From assembly GCA_964291285.2 (NCBI GenBank), contig OZ219787.1:1664001-1728000 (forward strand): a stretch of 64,000 nucleotides of DNA, given 5' to 3'. This DNA comes from Alphaproteobacteria bacterium. GTDB taxonomy: Bacteria; Pseudomonadota; Alphaproteobacteria; Bin95. Position 1 is the stretch's first letter, and every line of letters starts with the position of its first letter. The notes below the pieces were generated by a model, which saw nothing but the letters and a program-made list of their open reading frames with translations, ran no database searches and had not been told where the DNA came from. Both the position numbers and the translations under genes were made by a program. This document shows positions 13,693-22,275 of the stretch, piece by piece.

Positions 13693-14457
13693 ATGATCCG
13701 CGCCTTCCTCGACCGGCTGGGCGACACCGTCCGCCCCATCCACCGGTGCTATTTCCGCTCCGGCGTTGCGGTCGAGCTCAAGGACGACGAATCGCCCGTC
13801 ACCCGCTCCGACCGGGAGGCCGAACTGGCGCTGCGCCGGGAGATTGCGGACGCCTTTCCGGAAGACGGCATACTGGGCGAGGAGTTCGGTTCCGAACGCC
13901 TCGATGCGCGGCGCGTCTGGGTGCTTGACCCCCTCGACGGCACGCGCTCCTTCGTCAACGGCAAACCCGCATTCGGCGTCATGGCGGCGCTGCTGGAGGA
14001 AGGCAGGCCGGTCGCGGGCCTGATTGACATGCCGATCCTGTCCGAGCGCTGGATCGGCATTGCCGGTGAGCCGACGACCTTCAACGGCAGGCCGGTGCAT
14101 ACGCGCGCCTGCGAGAGCCTGGCCGCCGCCTCGCTCAACGCCACCTCGCCGGACATGTTCCCGGACAGCGCCTCGCGGGCGGCGTTCGACCGCCTGTCGG
14201 CAGCCTGCGGACAGCGCCATTTCGGCGGCGACTGCCATCTCTACGGCCTGCTGGCCTGCGGCTGGATCGACCTGGTCGCGGAGGACAGCATGGCGCCGTA
14301 CGACTATCTGCCCCATGTCGCCATCGTCGAAGGCGCCGGCGGGCGCATCGCAGACTGGCGGGGCCGGCCGCTCGATCTCGAGTCCGACGGCACCGTGTTG
14401 GCCGTGGGCGCGCCGGAGCTGTTCGACCGGGCGCTGGAACGCCTGCGCGGCCCATAG
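13693..14457 (+). CDS. Inositol-monophosphatase-family protein (histidinol-phosphatase HisN-like)
   Basis: SPVT.SD, GEE, WVLDPLDGT, GGDC, PYD. Confidence 0.85.
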   Translation: MIRAFLDRLGDTVRPIHRCYFRSGVAVELKDDESPVTRSDREAELALRREIADAFPEDGILGEEFGSERLDARRVWVLDPLDGTRSFVNGKPAFGVMAALLEEGRPVAGLIDMPILSERWIGIAGEPTTFNGRPVHTRACESLAAASLNATSPDMFPDSASRAAFDRLSAACGQRHFGGDCHLYGLLACGWIDLVAEDSMAPYDYLPHVAIVEGAGGRIADWRGRPLDLESDGTVLAVGAPELFDRALERLRGP

Positions 14458-14484
14458 TGCGGCAGGGCGCCGGGTCCGGTTGAC

Positions 14485-15864
14485 ATGGCGACGCGGGTCC
14501 TCGTTCCCTCGGGTGTGCTCGGTTTGGGCTTCGACCGCGAGGCGCTCCGGCGCGCGGCGGCGGACAGGCCGGACATCATCTGCATAGACGGCGGCTCGAC
14601 CGACAGCGGCCCCTTCTATCTGGGCGCGGGAGTTTCGAAATATTCCGACGCCTCCGTGCGGTCGGAATGGAAGGAACTGCTGGCCGCACGCGCGGCGGCC
14701 GGCTGCCCGCTCGTGCTCGGCTCCGCCGGCACCTGCGGCACCGACGCCATGGTGGAGGGCATGCTGGCGGCGACCCGCGCCATCGCGGAGGCGGAGGACC
14801 GCCGCCTCAGGGTCGCCACGCTGAAATCGGAGCAGCCGGCCGCGTCTGTCGGTGAAGCTCTGGAAGCCGGCAGGCTGGCGCCGCTTGCAGGCGCGCCGGA
14901 AGCTGGCATCTCGGCCGACGACATCGCGCGCTGCACGCATATCGTGGCGCTTGCAGGCGCGGAGCAGATTGCGGCTGCGCTCCGGACGGGCGCGGATGTG
15001 GTGATCGCCGGGCGCGCGACCGACACGGCGGCGATCTCGGCGCTGCCGCTGATGAACGGCGAGCATGCGGGCACGGCCTGGCACGGCGCCAAGATCGGTG
15101 AATGCGGTGCGCTCTGCTCGACGAGGCCGATGAGCGGCGTGATCGGCCTCGAGTTCGACGCTGCCGGCTGCACGGTCGAGCCTCATGCCGACGGCGCGCG
15201 CTGCACGCCGGAATCCGTGGCGGCGCACATGCTCTACGAGAACGCCGACCCGTTCATCCTCCACGAGCCGGGCGGGCACCTCGATGCGCGCGGCGCGACA
15301 TACGACGCGCTGGACGGGCGGCGGGTGCGCATCTCCGGCTCCCGCTGGGTCGCGTCCGAAACCTACTCGGTGAAGCTGGAAGGGGCGCGGCTCGCCGGAT
15401 ACCAGACGACGGCGCTCGCGATCCTGCGCGACCGGCGCTATGTCGCCGATGCCCGGCGATGGCTCGACCGGCTGGAGGCGTTCCTCGGACGCGAAATCCC
15501 GGCCCGCATGGGCCTCGAAGCCCGTGACTATGCCATCGAGTTCCGCCTGATCGGCGTGGATGCGGCGCTCGGGCCGCTGGAGGCGCGGACGTCCGATCCG
15601 GTCGAGGTCGGCGTGCTCGCCATCGTGACGGCGGCCTCGCAGGAAATGGCGACGGAGATCGCCCGGCTCGCCAACCCCTTCCTGCTGCATTTCCCGCTGA
15701 CCGACGAGGAGGACCTGCCGACCTTCGCCTTTCCCTACTCGCCGGCCGAAACCGAGCGCGGCCCGCTCTACGAGTTCGCCCTCAACCATGTCATGCGGCT
15801 CGACGACCCGATGGAAGCGTTCCGGTTGGAGGTGACGGAGGTCGGGCATGGCCCGGCTGGGTGA
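14485..15864 (+). CDS. Acyclic terpene utilization AtuA-family protein
   Basis: DGGSTDSGP, GADVVIAGRATD, WHGAKIGECG, AHMLYEN. Confidence 0.85.
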   Translation: MATRVLVPSGVLGLGFDREALRRAAADRPDIICIDGGSTDSGPFYLGAGVSKYSDASVRSEWKELLAARAAAGCPLVLGSAGTCGTDAMVEGMLAATRAIAEAEDRRLRVATLKSEQPAASVGEALEAGRLAPLAGAPEAGISADDIARCTHIVALAGAEQIAAALRTGADVVIAGRATDTAAISALPLMNGEHAGTAWHGAKIGECGALCSTRPMSGVIGLEFDAAGCTVEPHADGARCTPESVAAHMLYENADPFILHEPGGHLDARGATYDALDGRRVRISGSRWVASETYSVKLEGARLAGYQTTALAILRDRRYVADARRWLDRLEAFLGREIPARMGLEARDYAIEFRLIGVDAALGPLEARTSDPVEVGVLAIVTAASQEMATEIARLANPFLLHFPLTDEEDLPTFAFPYSPAETERGPLYEFALNHVMRLDDPMEAFRLEVTEVGHGPAG

Positions 15865-16162
15865 CGCGGTAAGGGCGGTCCGGTCCAAGAATGCCGGGCC
15901 ATTCATGGTCACGGTGGACATATTCTGCGGCACGGACGCGGCTTTCCAGTGGGTCAATGCAGCGGTCCCGGTGGCGGCGGTCGAGCGGCTCTACCGCGTG
16001 GACCCGGCGCAGGTCGCACGCTACGAACTGCCGGAGTTGCGGGTGGTGAAATTCAGCTTTCCCCGCCCCGTGCCGCAGGGAAGCCGCGGCGACCGCGACA
16101 TGCACGGCGCGCAATGGGCGGTGCTGCTGGCGGAAGCGGAATTCGGCGATCCCGGCCAATAG
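15848..16162 (+). CDS. DUF4387-family protein (AtuA partner)
   Basis: RSKNAGPF..TVDIF...KFSFPRP...G...DRDMHGAQ. Confidence 0.8.
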   Translation: MARLGDAVRAVRSKNAGPFMVTVDIFCGTDAAFQWVNAAVPVAAVERLYRVDPAQVARYELPELRVVKFSFPRPVPQGSRGDRDMHGAQWAVLLAEAEFGDPGQ

Positions 16163-16164
16163 CG

Positions 16165-17358
16165 TCAGACGACCTTCGCGGCCCTGAGCGCGGCGATCTT
16201 CTCCGGGCCGTAGCCGAGGCCGGCCAGCAGCTCGTCCGTATCCGCGCCCATGGCGGGCGCCGGCCGGGCGGGCGGCGCCGCGCCGGTCCGGATCGGCGGG
16301 CCGACGGAGCCGACGCGGCGGCCGCTCGGATGGTCCACCCAGAGATGGCGGCCGGTTTCGGTCGGGAAGGGCGCGTCCATGGCGCCGGCGATGTCATGCA
16401 CGGGCGCGACCGGCACCCGGCCCTGCAGTTCTTCCAGCCATTCCGCCGTCGTCTTCGCGGAGAGCGCGTCGTCGAGCACCTCCGTCACCAGCTCCCTGTT
16501 GGCAAGGCGGGCGGCGAAATCGTGGAAGCGCGGATCGTCCCTCCATTCCGGACGGCCGAGCGCATCCACCAGCTCGCCCCAGAACTTCTCCTTGTTGCAC
16601 ATGACGAACAGCCAGCCGTCGCGCGTCCGGTAGAGCTGCGAGGGCGTGAGGTTCGGGTGCGAGGAGCGCGGCTCGCGGCCCTGAACGATGCCTGCGGTCA
16701 GATACCAGCAGGCGAGGTAGCCGAGATTCGACATGGCCGTGTCGTAGAGCGAAACGTCGAGGTCCATGCCCCTGCCGCCGGCCCGGGCCGCCAGAATGCC
16801 CGAGGTCATGGCGAGCGCCGCCTGCACGCCGGTCGCGAGATCGACCATCGAGAGCCCCATGCGGGCGGGCGGCGTGTCGGGCTCGCCGGTGACGGAGAGA
16901 TAGCCGGCCTCCGCCTGCATCAGATAGTCGTAGCCGGGCCAGGCGGCGCGCGGACCCTCGCTGCCATAGGCGGAGAGATGCACGCAGACGATGGCGGGGT
17001 TGACGGCCTTCAGCGCGTCCCAGGTAAGGCCCAGCTGCGCCGGCCGGTCGCCGCGCAGATTGTCGAGCAGCCCGTCGGCGGAGCGCACCAGGTCGTGCAG
17101 CACCTCCCGGCCGGCCTCCTGCTTGAGGTCGAGCGCCATCGAGCGCTTGTTGCGGTTGAACGCCTGGAAGAACAGGCTGTCCCCCTCGGGCAGCGGATCC
17201 TTCGGGTGGCGGACGAACCGGCCGACATCGCCGCCCTCGGCAATGTTCTCGACCTTGACGACCTCGGCGCCCAGGTCCGCAAGCTGCATCGTGCCGAACG
17301 GCCCGGCCCCGTACTGCTCCACCGCAACGATGCGGACCCCCTCCAACGGCAACATCAT
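16165..17358 (-). CDS. Family III CoA-transferase (CaiB/BaiF)
   Basis: PLEGVRIV, AGPFGT..LADLGAEVVKVE, NRNKRS, GYD. Confidence 0.93.
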   Translation of the reverse strand: MMLPLEGVRIVAVEQYGAGPFGTMQLADLGAEVVKVENIAEGGDVGRFVRHPKDPLPEGDSLFFQAFNRNKRSMALDLKQEAGREVLHDLVRSADGLLDNLRGDRPAQLGLTWDALKAVNPAIVCVHLSAYGSEGPRAAWPGYDYLMQAEAGYLSVTGEPDTPPARMGLSMVDLATGVQAALAMTSGILAARAGGRGMDLDVSLYDTAMSNLGYLACWYLTAGIVQGREPRSSHPNLTPSQLYRTRDGWLFVMCNKEKFWGELVDALGRPEWRDDPRFHDFAARLANRELVTEVLDDALSAKTTAEWLEELQGRVPVAPVHDIAGAMDAPFPTETGRHLWVDHPSGRRVGSVGPPIRTGAAPPARPAPAMGADTDELLAGLGYGPEKIAALRAAKVV

Positions 17359-17484
17359 GCTTCTCCCCGGACATGGGCACCGCGATGAGGTAGCGCCTCC
17401 GTCCGGCCCGGTCCAGCGCGACCGAATTGCAGCGTCGGGCGAAATGGTGAAACTGCGCCGGCCCCTTTTCGGAGACATCTGGAC

Positions 17485-18423
17485 ATGACCGCACCCAAAC
17501 TCGGCTATCTGCTGCCCACCCGCGAGCGCATCATGAGCGGCCTGAACGAGACCGGGCCGATGCTGGCGCTGGCCGAGCGGGCCGAGGCGCTCGGCTACGA
17601 CTCGATCTGGATCGGCGACAGCCTGCTCGCGCGACCGCGCCACGACCCGCTGACCCTGATGGCGGCGGTTGCCGCGCGCACCCGGCGCGTGGCGGTCGGC
17701 ACGGCCGTGCTGCTGCCGGCGCTGCGCAACCCGGTCGTGCTGGCGCACCAGGTCGCCACCATCGACCGCATCGCCGAGGGGCGGCTGATCCTGGGCTACG
17801 GCATTGCCGGCGACGTGCCGAATATCCGCGCCGAGTTCGCAGCCGCCGGCGTGCCGTTCGAGAAGCGCGTCGGCCGGATGCTGGAGGGGCTCCGCCTCTG
17901 CCGCGCGCTCTGGTCCGGCGAGCCGGTGGACTGGGAGGGGCGCTGGCCGGTGAAGGACGGCGTGCTCGGGCCGGTGCCGCACAATCCGGGCGGCCCGCCC
18001 ATATGGCTCGGTACGGGCCACCCGGCGGGCCTCGAACGGACCGCCCGGCATTTCGACGGCTGGTTCCCGACCGGCCCCGACGCCGAGGGCTGGGGAGAGA
18101 GGTGGCGCACGGTGCAGGCCGCCGCCGCTGCCGCCGGACGCCTGGCCGGCGCGGTGACGGGCGCGGTCTATCTGACGATTGCGCTCGACGAGGACGCGGA
18201 CGCCGGCAATGCGCGCATCGACGCCTATCTGGAGAGCTATTACGGCGCACCCGCTGCCGTCATCCGCCGCCGCCAGACCGCCTTCGCCGGCCCGCCGGAA
18301 GCCGCGGCGGACTGGATCGGCGGCTATGCCGAGCGCGGCGCCAGCCATATCGCGCTGCGCTTCGTCGGCGACCACGAACGCATGCTGGAGGCCGTCGCCG
18401 CCGTGAGGGACAGGATCGGCTGA
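17485..18423 (+). CDS. LLM-class flavin-dependent oxidoreductase
   Basis: AEALGYDSIW.GD, GTAVLL, ATID...GRLILG, PPIW.G. Confidence 0.9.
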   Translation: MTAPKLGYLLPTRERIMSGLNETGPMLALAERAEALGYDSIWIGDSLLARPRHDPLTLMAAVAARTRRVAVGTAVLLPALRNPVVLAHQVATIDRIAEGRLILGYGIAGDVPNIRAEFAAAGVPFEKRVGRMLEGLRLCRALWSGEPVDWEGRWPVKDGVLGPVPHNPGGPPIWLGTGHPAGLERTARHFDGWFPTGPDAEGWGERWRTVQAAAAAAGRLAGAVTGAVYLTIALDEDADAGNARIDAYLESYYGAPAAVIRRRQTAFAGPPEAAADWIGGYAERGASHIALRFVGDHERMLEAVAAVRDRIG

Positions 18424-18440
18424 CGGGACCCGCCGCAAGG

Positions 18441-18510
18441 CGTCATGGAATGTCATGTTTTGTCATGCGGGCCCGGCAGGACCCCCTGCCATGTGTCATG
18501 AGATGTCATG
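18441..18510 (-). repeat. Phased CATGACA heptamer array (copy A)
   Basis: Plus-strand YGTCATG at 18441, 18451, 18461, 18494, 18504. Confidence 0.9.
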
Positions 18511-18812
18511 ATCTGCATGCCGATGGCGCATGGTCCGTAGTCGTTTCCGGCATGAAGCCGTCCACTCTTCGATCTCCTTCTGCGTCTTGCGTTCACCGTC
18601 GCCCCGGTCCCGGAGCCGGGGCCCATCCCTGACCGTTGCGGCCCGGTGGAGAGGGCGGAGGATGGACCCCGGCTCTCCGCTCCGCTCCGTCCAGGGCGAC
18701 TGTGAGGGCTTGCGGATAAGGTCATTTCGGCCTGCACGGAGCCGGTCCTACCATCCGCCGGCACGAGCCTTTCGGCCAGCATTGCGGTCAGTTCGGGGTC
18801 GGTTGCGGTCAT
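18453..18812 (-). CDS. Hypothetical 119-aa ORF inside the dispersed element (may be non-coding)
   Basis: AAGGAGGAACG-ATG start; runs through the REP pair; ends GPHDKT* in the heptamer array; low-complexity product. Confidence 0.3.
   Translation of the reverse strand: MTATDPELTAMLAERLVPADGRTGSVQAEMTLSASPHSRPGRSGAESRGPSSALSTGPQRSGMGPGSGTGATVNARRRRRSKSGRLHAGNDYGPCAIGMQIMTSHDTWQGVLPGPHDKT
18597..18701. repeat. Inverted pair of CGTC-type REP-like palindromes
   Basis: CGTCGCCCCGG..CCGGGGCCCATCC ... GGATGGACCCCGG..CCAGGGCGAC. Confidence 0.75.
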
Positions 18813-19040
18813 CGTTCCTCCTTGCTCCGACGGGGAGGGGGTCCCTTTTCCGCGCGTATCCTGCGCGGGCGCCCACGCCTGCCCGGGCGCGTGTCGGCGC
18901 CGGCGCGGTTCGCGCGCCTGATTGCGCGCGCGAGACGCAGGACGCACGTCTCCTGTCGGCTTCTCACGGGTTTTCAGAAAGTGGCGCCGCCCGGCCGCGC
19001 AACGCCCAGGAAAGCGGCTCCGGAGTCCGCTTCCCTGGGG
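18813..19040 (-). ncRNA. Putative structured RNA or leader, conserved in a second copy at about 59020-59260
   Basis: 33-nt block 18893-18925 identical to the reverse complement of 59123-59155; shared hairpins. Confidence 0.45.
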
Positions 19041-19043
19041 ACC

Positions 19044-19070
19044 ATCATACCACAATCCGCCAGATGTCAA
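19044..19070 (-). promoter_or_regulatory. sigma70-like promoter of the element (copy A)
   Basis: TTGACA-15 nt-TATGAT on the minus strand (spacer is short). Confidence 0.45.
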
Positions 19071-19187
19071 GCCAAAATCATGAACAAAAAGCAAAAATAC
19101 TGGAAATTGTTCATGCTTCATGAATTGCGACACCCGGCAAATCCGCGTGTATAACGAAACCGATGGGCGCATGGAGGGGGACGCGGC

Positions 19188-20168
19188 ATGCCGGTCAAGG
19201 TGGTGATGCAGAACGAGTTGCCGATGGGGGCGACGGAGCGGATCCGCGAGATGGCCGAAGTGGTCGTCGATCCGGAACTGGAGCAGGTTTCCGGGGCGGA
19301 TATCGTGGTTGCGGGCCGCGGGCCGATCGACGCCGGGTTCATGTCGCGCGCCGGCAACCGCCTGAAGATGGTCGCCACGCCCGGCATCGGCGTGGACAAG
19401 ATCGACGTGGAGGCGGCGAGCGAGCGCGGCATCATCGTCATCCACAACCCCGACGCGCCCTCGCAGTCCACGGCGGAGCACACGGTCGCGCTGCTCATGG
19501 CGGTGGCGGCCCGCGTGATGACCGGGGACCGCTTCCTCAGGGAAGGCCGGCCCCTGGACCGCGAGCAGATGCGGGGTACGGAACTCAGGGGGCGCAATCT
19601 GGGCGTCGTCGGCTACGGGCGCATCGGCCGGCGGGTCGCGGCGGCCTGCGCGCTCGGGCTCGGCATGAATGTCCGCGTCTGCGACCCCCTCGTGGACCTT
19701 CGCCAGCAGACGCCGGAGGGCGTGACCCTGACAGACGATTTCGAATCCGTCTTCACGGACGCGAAGTTCGTCACCCTGCATGTGCCGCTGACGCCGGGCA
19801 CCCGCCATCTGGTCGGCGCGCGGGAGCTCGGCCTCATTCCCGAAGGCGGCTACCTGGTGAACGCCTCGCGCGGGCCGGTGGTGGATGAGCAGGCGCTGAT
19901 CCGGGCCTTGCAGGAGGGGCATCTGGCGGGAGCGGCGCTGGACGTGACCGACCCCGAACCGCCGCTGCCGGACAACCCGCTGCTGGCGATGGACAATGTG
20001 ATCGTCACCCCGCATATCGCATCCAATACCGACCTCGGCGTCCACGCCATGATGCACGGCGTTGCCGACCAGATCGCACAGGTGATCGCCGGAGAGCCGC
20101 CGCGCAGCATGGTCGATCCGAAGGTCTGGCCCGGCCGCTTCGCCGGGTGGTCCGCCGCGGATTCCTGA
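19188..20168 (+). CDS. D-isomer-specific 2-hydroxyacid dehydrogenase (SerA-like)
   Basis: G.GVDKID, GVVGYGRIG, LHVPLT, VNASRG, ALDV..PEP, TPHIA. Confidence 0.92.
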   Translation: MPVKVVMQNELPMGATERIREMAEVVVDPELEQVSGADIVVAGRGPIDAGFMSRAGNRLKMVATPGIGVDKIDVEAASERGIIVIHNPDAPSQSTAEHTVALLMAVAARVMTGDRFLREGRPLDREQMRGTELRGRNLGVVGYGRIGRRVAAACALGLGMNVRVCDPLVDLRQQTPEGVTLTDDFESVFTDAKFVTLHVPLTPGTRHLVGARELGLIPEGGYLVNASRGPVVDEQALIRALQEGHLAGAALDVTDPEPPLPDNPLLAMDNVIVTPHIASNTDLGVHAMMHGVADQIAQVIAGEPPRSMVDPKVWPGRFAGWSAADS

Positions 20169-20184
20169 TCTGCCGTCCGGCGCG

Positions 20185-22275
20185 ATGAACGAGGGACAGA
20201 CGGCGTACAGGCTGGGCTGCGATGTAGGCGGCACCTTCACGGATTTCGTGCTCTATGACGAGCGTTCGGGCGCCATCCATGCGGAGAAATGCCTGACGAC
20301 CCCCGCCGATCCGTCGGTGGGCGTTCTGGAGGGCCTGCGGGCTTTCGGCGCCATCGACCCGGAGCATGTCGCCCGCACCCGCCGCATCGCCCATGCCACG
20401 ACGCTGGTCGCAAACGCGGTCATCGAGCGCAAGGGCGCCCGCACGGCGCTTCTCGCGACCCGGGGCTTCCGCGATGTGCTGGAGCTTCGCCGCCATGTCC
20501 GGGTGACGACCTACGAACTCTGGGCCGATCCCCCGGCGCCGCTGGTGCCGCGGCATCTGCGAATTCCCATCGGCGAGCGCACCTACAGCGACGGCACGGT
20601 CCTTCGCCCGGTCCCCCCGGAGGAGATCGAGGCGGCCGTTGCGCTGATGCGGGCGGAGGGCGTGGGCTCGGTCGCGGTCGCCTTCCTGCACTCCTACGTC
20701 AATCCCGAAAACGAGCGGGAAGCAGCGCGGCTCCTGCGCGAGCTTGCGCCGGAAATCGCGGTCACCGCCTCCGCCGACGTGCTGCCGCAGATCAAGGAGT
20801 ACGAACGCACCAGCACCACGGTGGTCAACGCCTATGTGAAGCCGCTCGTCCAGCGCTATCTCGGCAACCTCGACGGCGGGCTCGCGGGCGCCGGTTACGC
20901 CGCGCCGCTGCGCGTGATGCTCTCCAATGGCGGCCTCGGCTCGACCGAGACGGCGGGAGACTTCCCGCTCCGGCTCATCGAGTCGGGGCCGGTAGCGGGC
21001 GCCATTGTCGGGCGCCGGATCGCCGAACTGCTCGAACTGCCCGAAGTGCTCTCCTTCGACATGGGCGGAACGACGGCCAAGGCGTGCCTCATTCGCGAGC
21101 GCGCGCTGCCGATCACCGATGAGCTGGAAGTGGCGCGGTCCCGGCGGTTCACGCGCTCCAGCGGGTTTCCGGTAGCGGTGCCGGCGGTCAACATGATCGA
21201 GATCGGCGCGGGCGGCGGCAGCATCGCCGGCATCAACGAGATGGGGCTCGTGCAGGTCGGGCCGGAAAGCGCCGGCGCCGACCCGGGGCCGATCTGCTAT
21301 GCGCGCGGCGGGACAAGACCGACCGTGACCGACGCCGACCTGCTGCTGGGCTACCTCAATCCCGGCAATTTCGCCGGCGGCTCGATGCGCCTCGACGAGG
21401 AGGCGGCGCGGGCCGGCATCGAGGAGCAGCTGGCGCGCCCGCGCGGACAGTCGGCGCTCGAAGCGGCCTGGACCGTGCATGACGTGGTCAACGAGACCAT
21501 GGCGGCGGCGGTGCGCATGCACATAACGGAGCGCGGCGGCAATCCCCGGCAGGCGACCCTGGTCGCGTTCGGGGGCGCGGGGCCGCTGCATGCCTGCCAC
21601 CTCGCGGCGAAGCTCCGGATCGGACGGGTCATGGTTCCGCTCCGGGCGGGCGTGCTGTCTGCGCTCGGCCTGCTGGTCGCGCCGCCGGCCTACGACATCG
21701 TGCGCACCCACAAGGCGCCGCTCCGGGAGCTCGACGAGGCGGCGACCGGAGCGCTGCTGGAGGAGATGGCGGACCAGGTCGCAGCGCTGCTGGCAAGGCT
21801 CGGCCCGGACGGAGAGCTGCACTTCCGGCGCGGGATCGATGTCGGCTATATCGGCCAGAGCTACCAGGTGACGGTGCCGCTGCTCGACGGGGCGGTGGAC
21901 CGCGAGGCGATCTGGCGGTCCTTCGCCGCCCTCTACCGCGAGAAATACGGCTATTTCTACGACGACGTGCCGGCGGAGATCGTGAACCTCCGCGTGCTGG
22001 GCGAGCTCGTGGGCGGGGAGCTCGGATTCGAGCCGCTCGCCCCGGGCGAGGGGGCGGCCCCGGCCGGCACGAGGCCGGCCTGGTCGGCGCGCGAGCGCCG
22101 CATGCGCCCGTTCAGCGTCTTCGACCGGGACCGGCTGGGTCCGGGCGCGGCCTTCGCAGGGCCGGCCATCGTCGAGGAAGCGTCCGCGACCACGATCATC
22201 GACGATGGCGCGGCGGCGGAGGTCGATGAATACGGCTCGCTGGTCATCGCCGTCGATCCGGAGGAAGCGCCATGA
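20185..22275 (+). CDS. Hydantoinase A / oxoprolinase family subunit
   Basis: [43 protein letters not shown]. Confidence 0.93.
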   Translation: MNEGQTAYRLGCDVGGTFTDFVLYDERSGAIHAEKCLTTPADPSVGVLEGLRAFGAIDPEHVARTRRIAHATTLVANAVIERKGARTALLATRGFRDVLELRRHVRVTTYELWADPPAPLVPRHLRIPIGERTYSDGTVLRPVPPEEIEAAVALMRAEGVGSVAVAFLHSYVNPENEREAARLLRELAPEIAVTASADVLPQIKEYERTSTTVVNAYVKPLVQRYLGNLDGGLAGAGYAAPLRVMLSNGGLGSTETAGDFPLRLIESGPVAGAIVGRRIAELLELPEVLSFDMGGTTAKACLIRERALPITDELEVARSRRFTRSSGFPVAVPAVNMIEIGAGGGSIAGINEMGLVQVGPESAGADPGPICYARGGTRPTVTDADLLLGYLNPGNFAGGSMRLDEEAARAGIEEQLARPRGQSALEAAWTVHDVVNETMAAAVRMHITERGGNPRQATLVAFGGAGPLHACHLAAKLRIGRVMVPLRAGVLSALGLLVAPPAYDIVRTHKAPLRELDEAATGALLEEMADQVAALLARLGPDGELHFRRGIDVGYIGQSYQVTVPLLDGAVDREAIWRSFAALYREKYGYFYDDVPAEIVNLRVLGELVGGELGFEPLAPGEGAAPAGTRPAWSARERRMRPFSVFDRDRLGPGAAFAGPAIVEEASATTIIDDGAAAEVDEYGSLVIAVDPEEAP

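Noticed and set aside
18441-18510. CATGACA arrays and the 30287-30386 repeat as CRISPR arrays
   Set aside because: Units are too short or tandem, there are no unique spacers of 25-45 nt, and no cas genes are present.
18453-20240. 595-aa minus-strand ORF
   Set aside because: Mostly antisense to the dehydrogenase. Only the last 119 codons have their own RBS.
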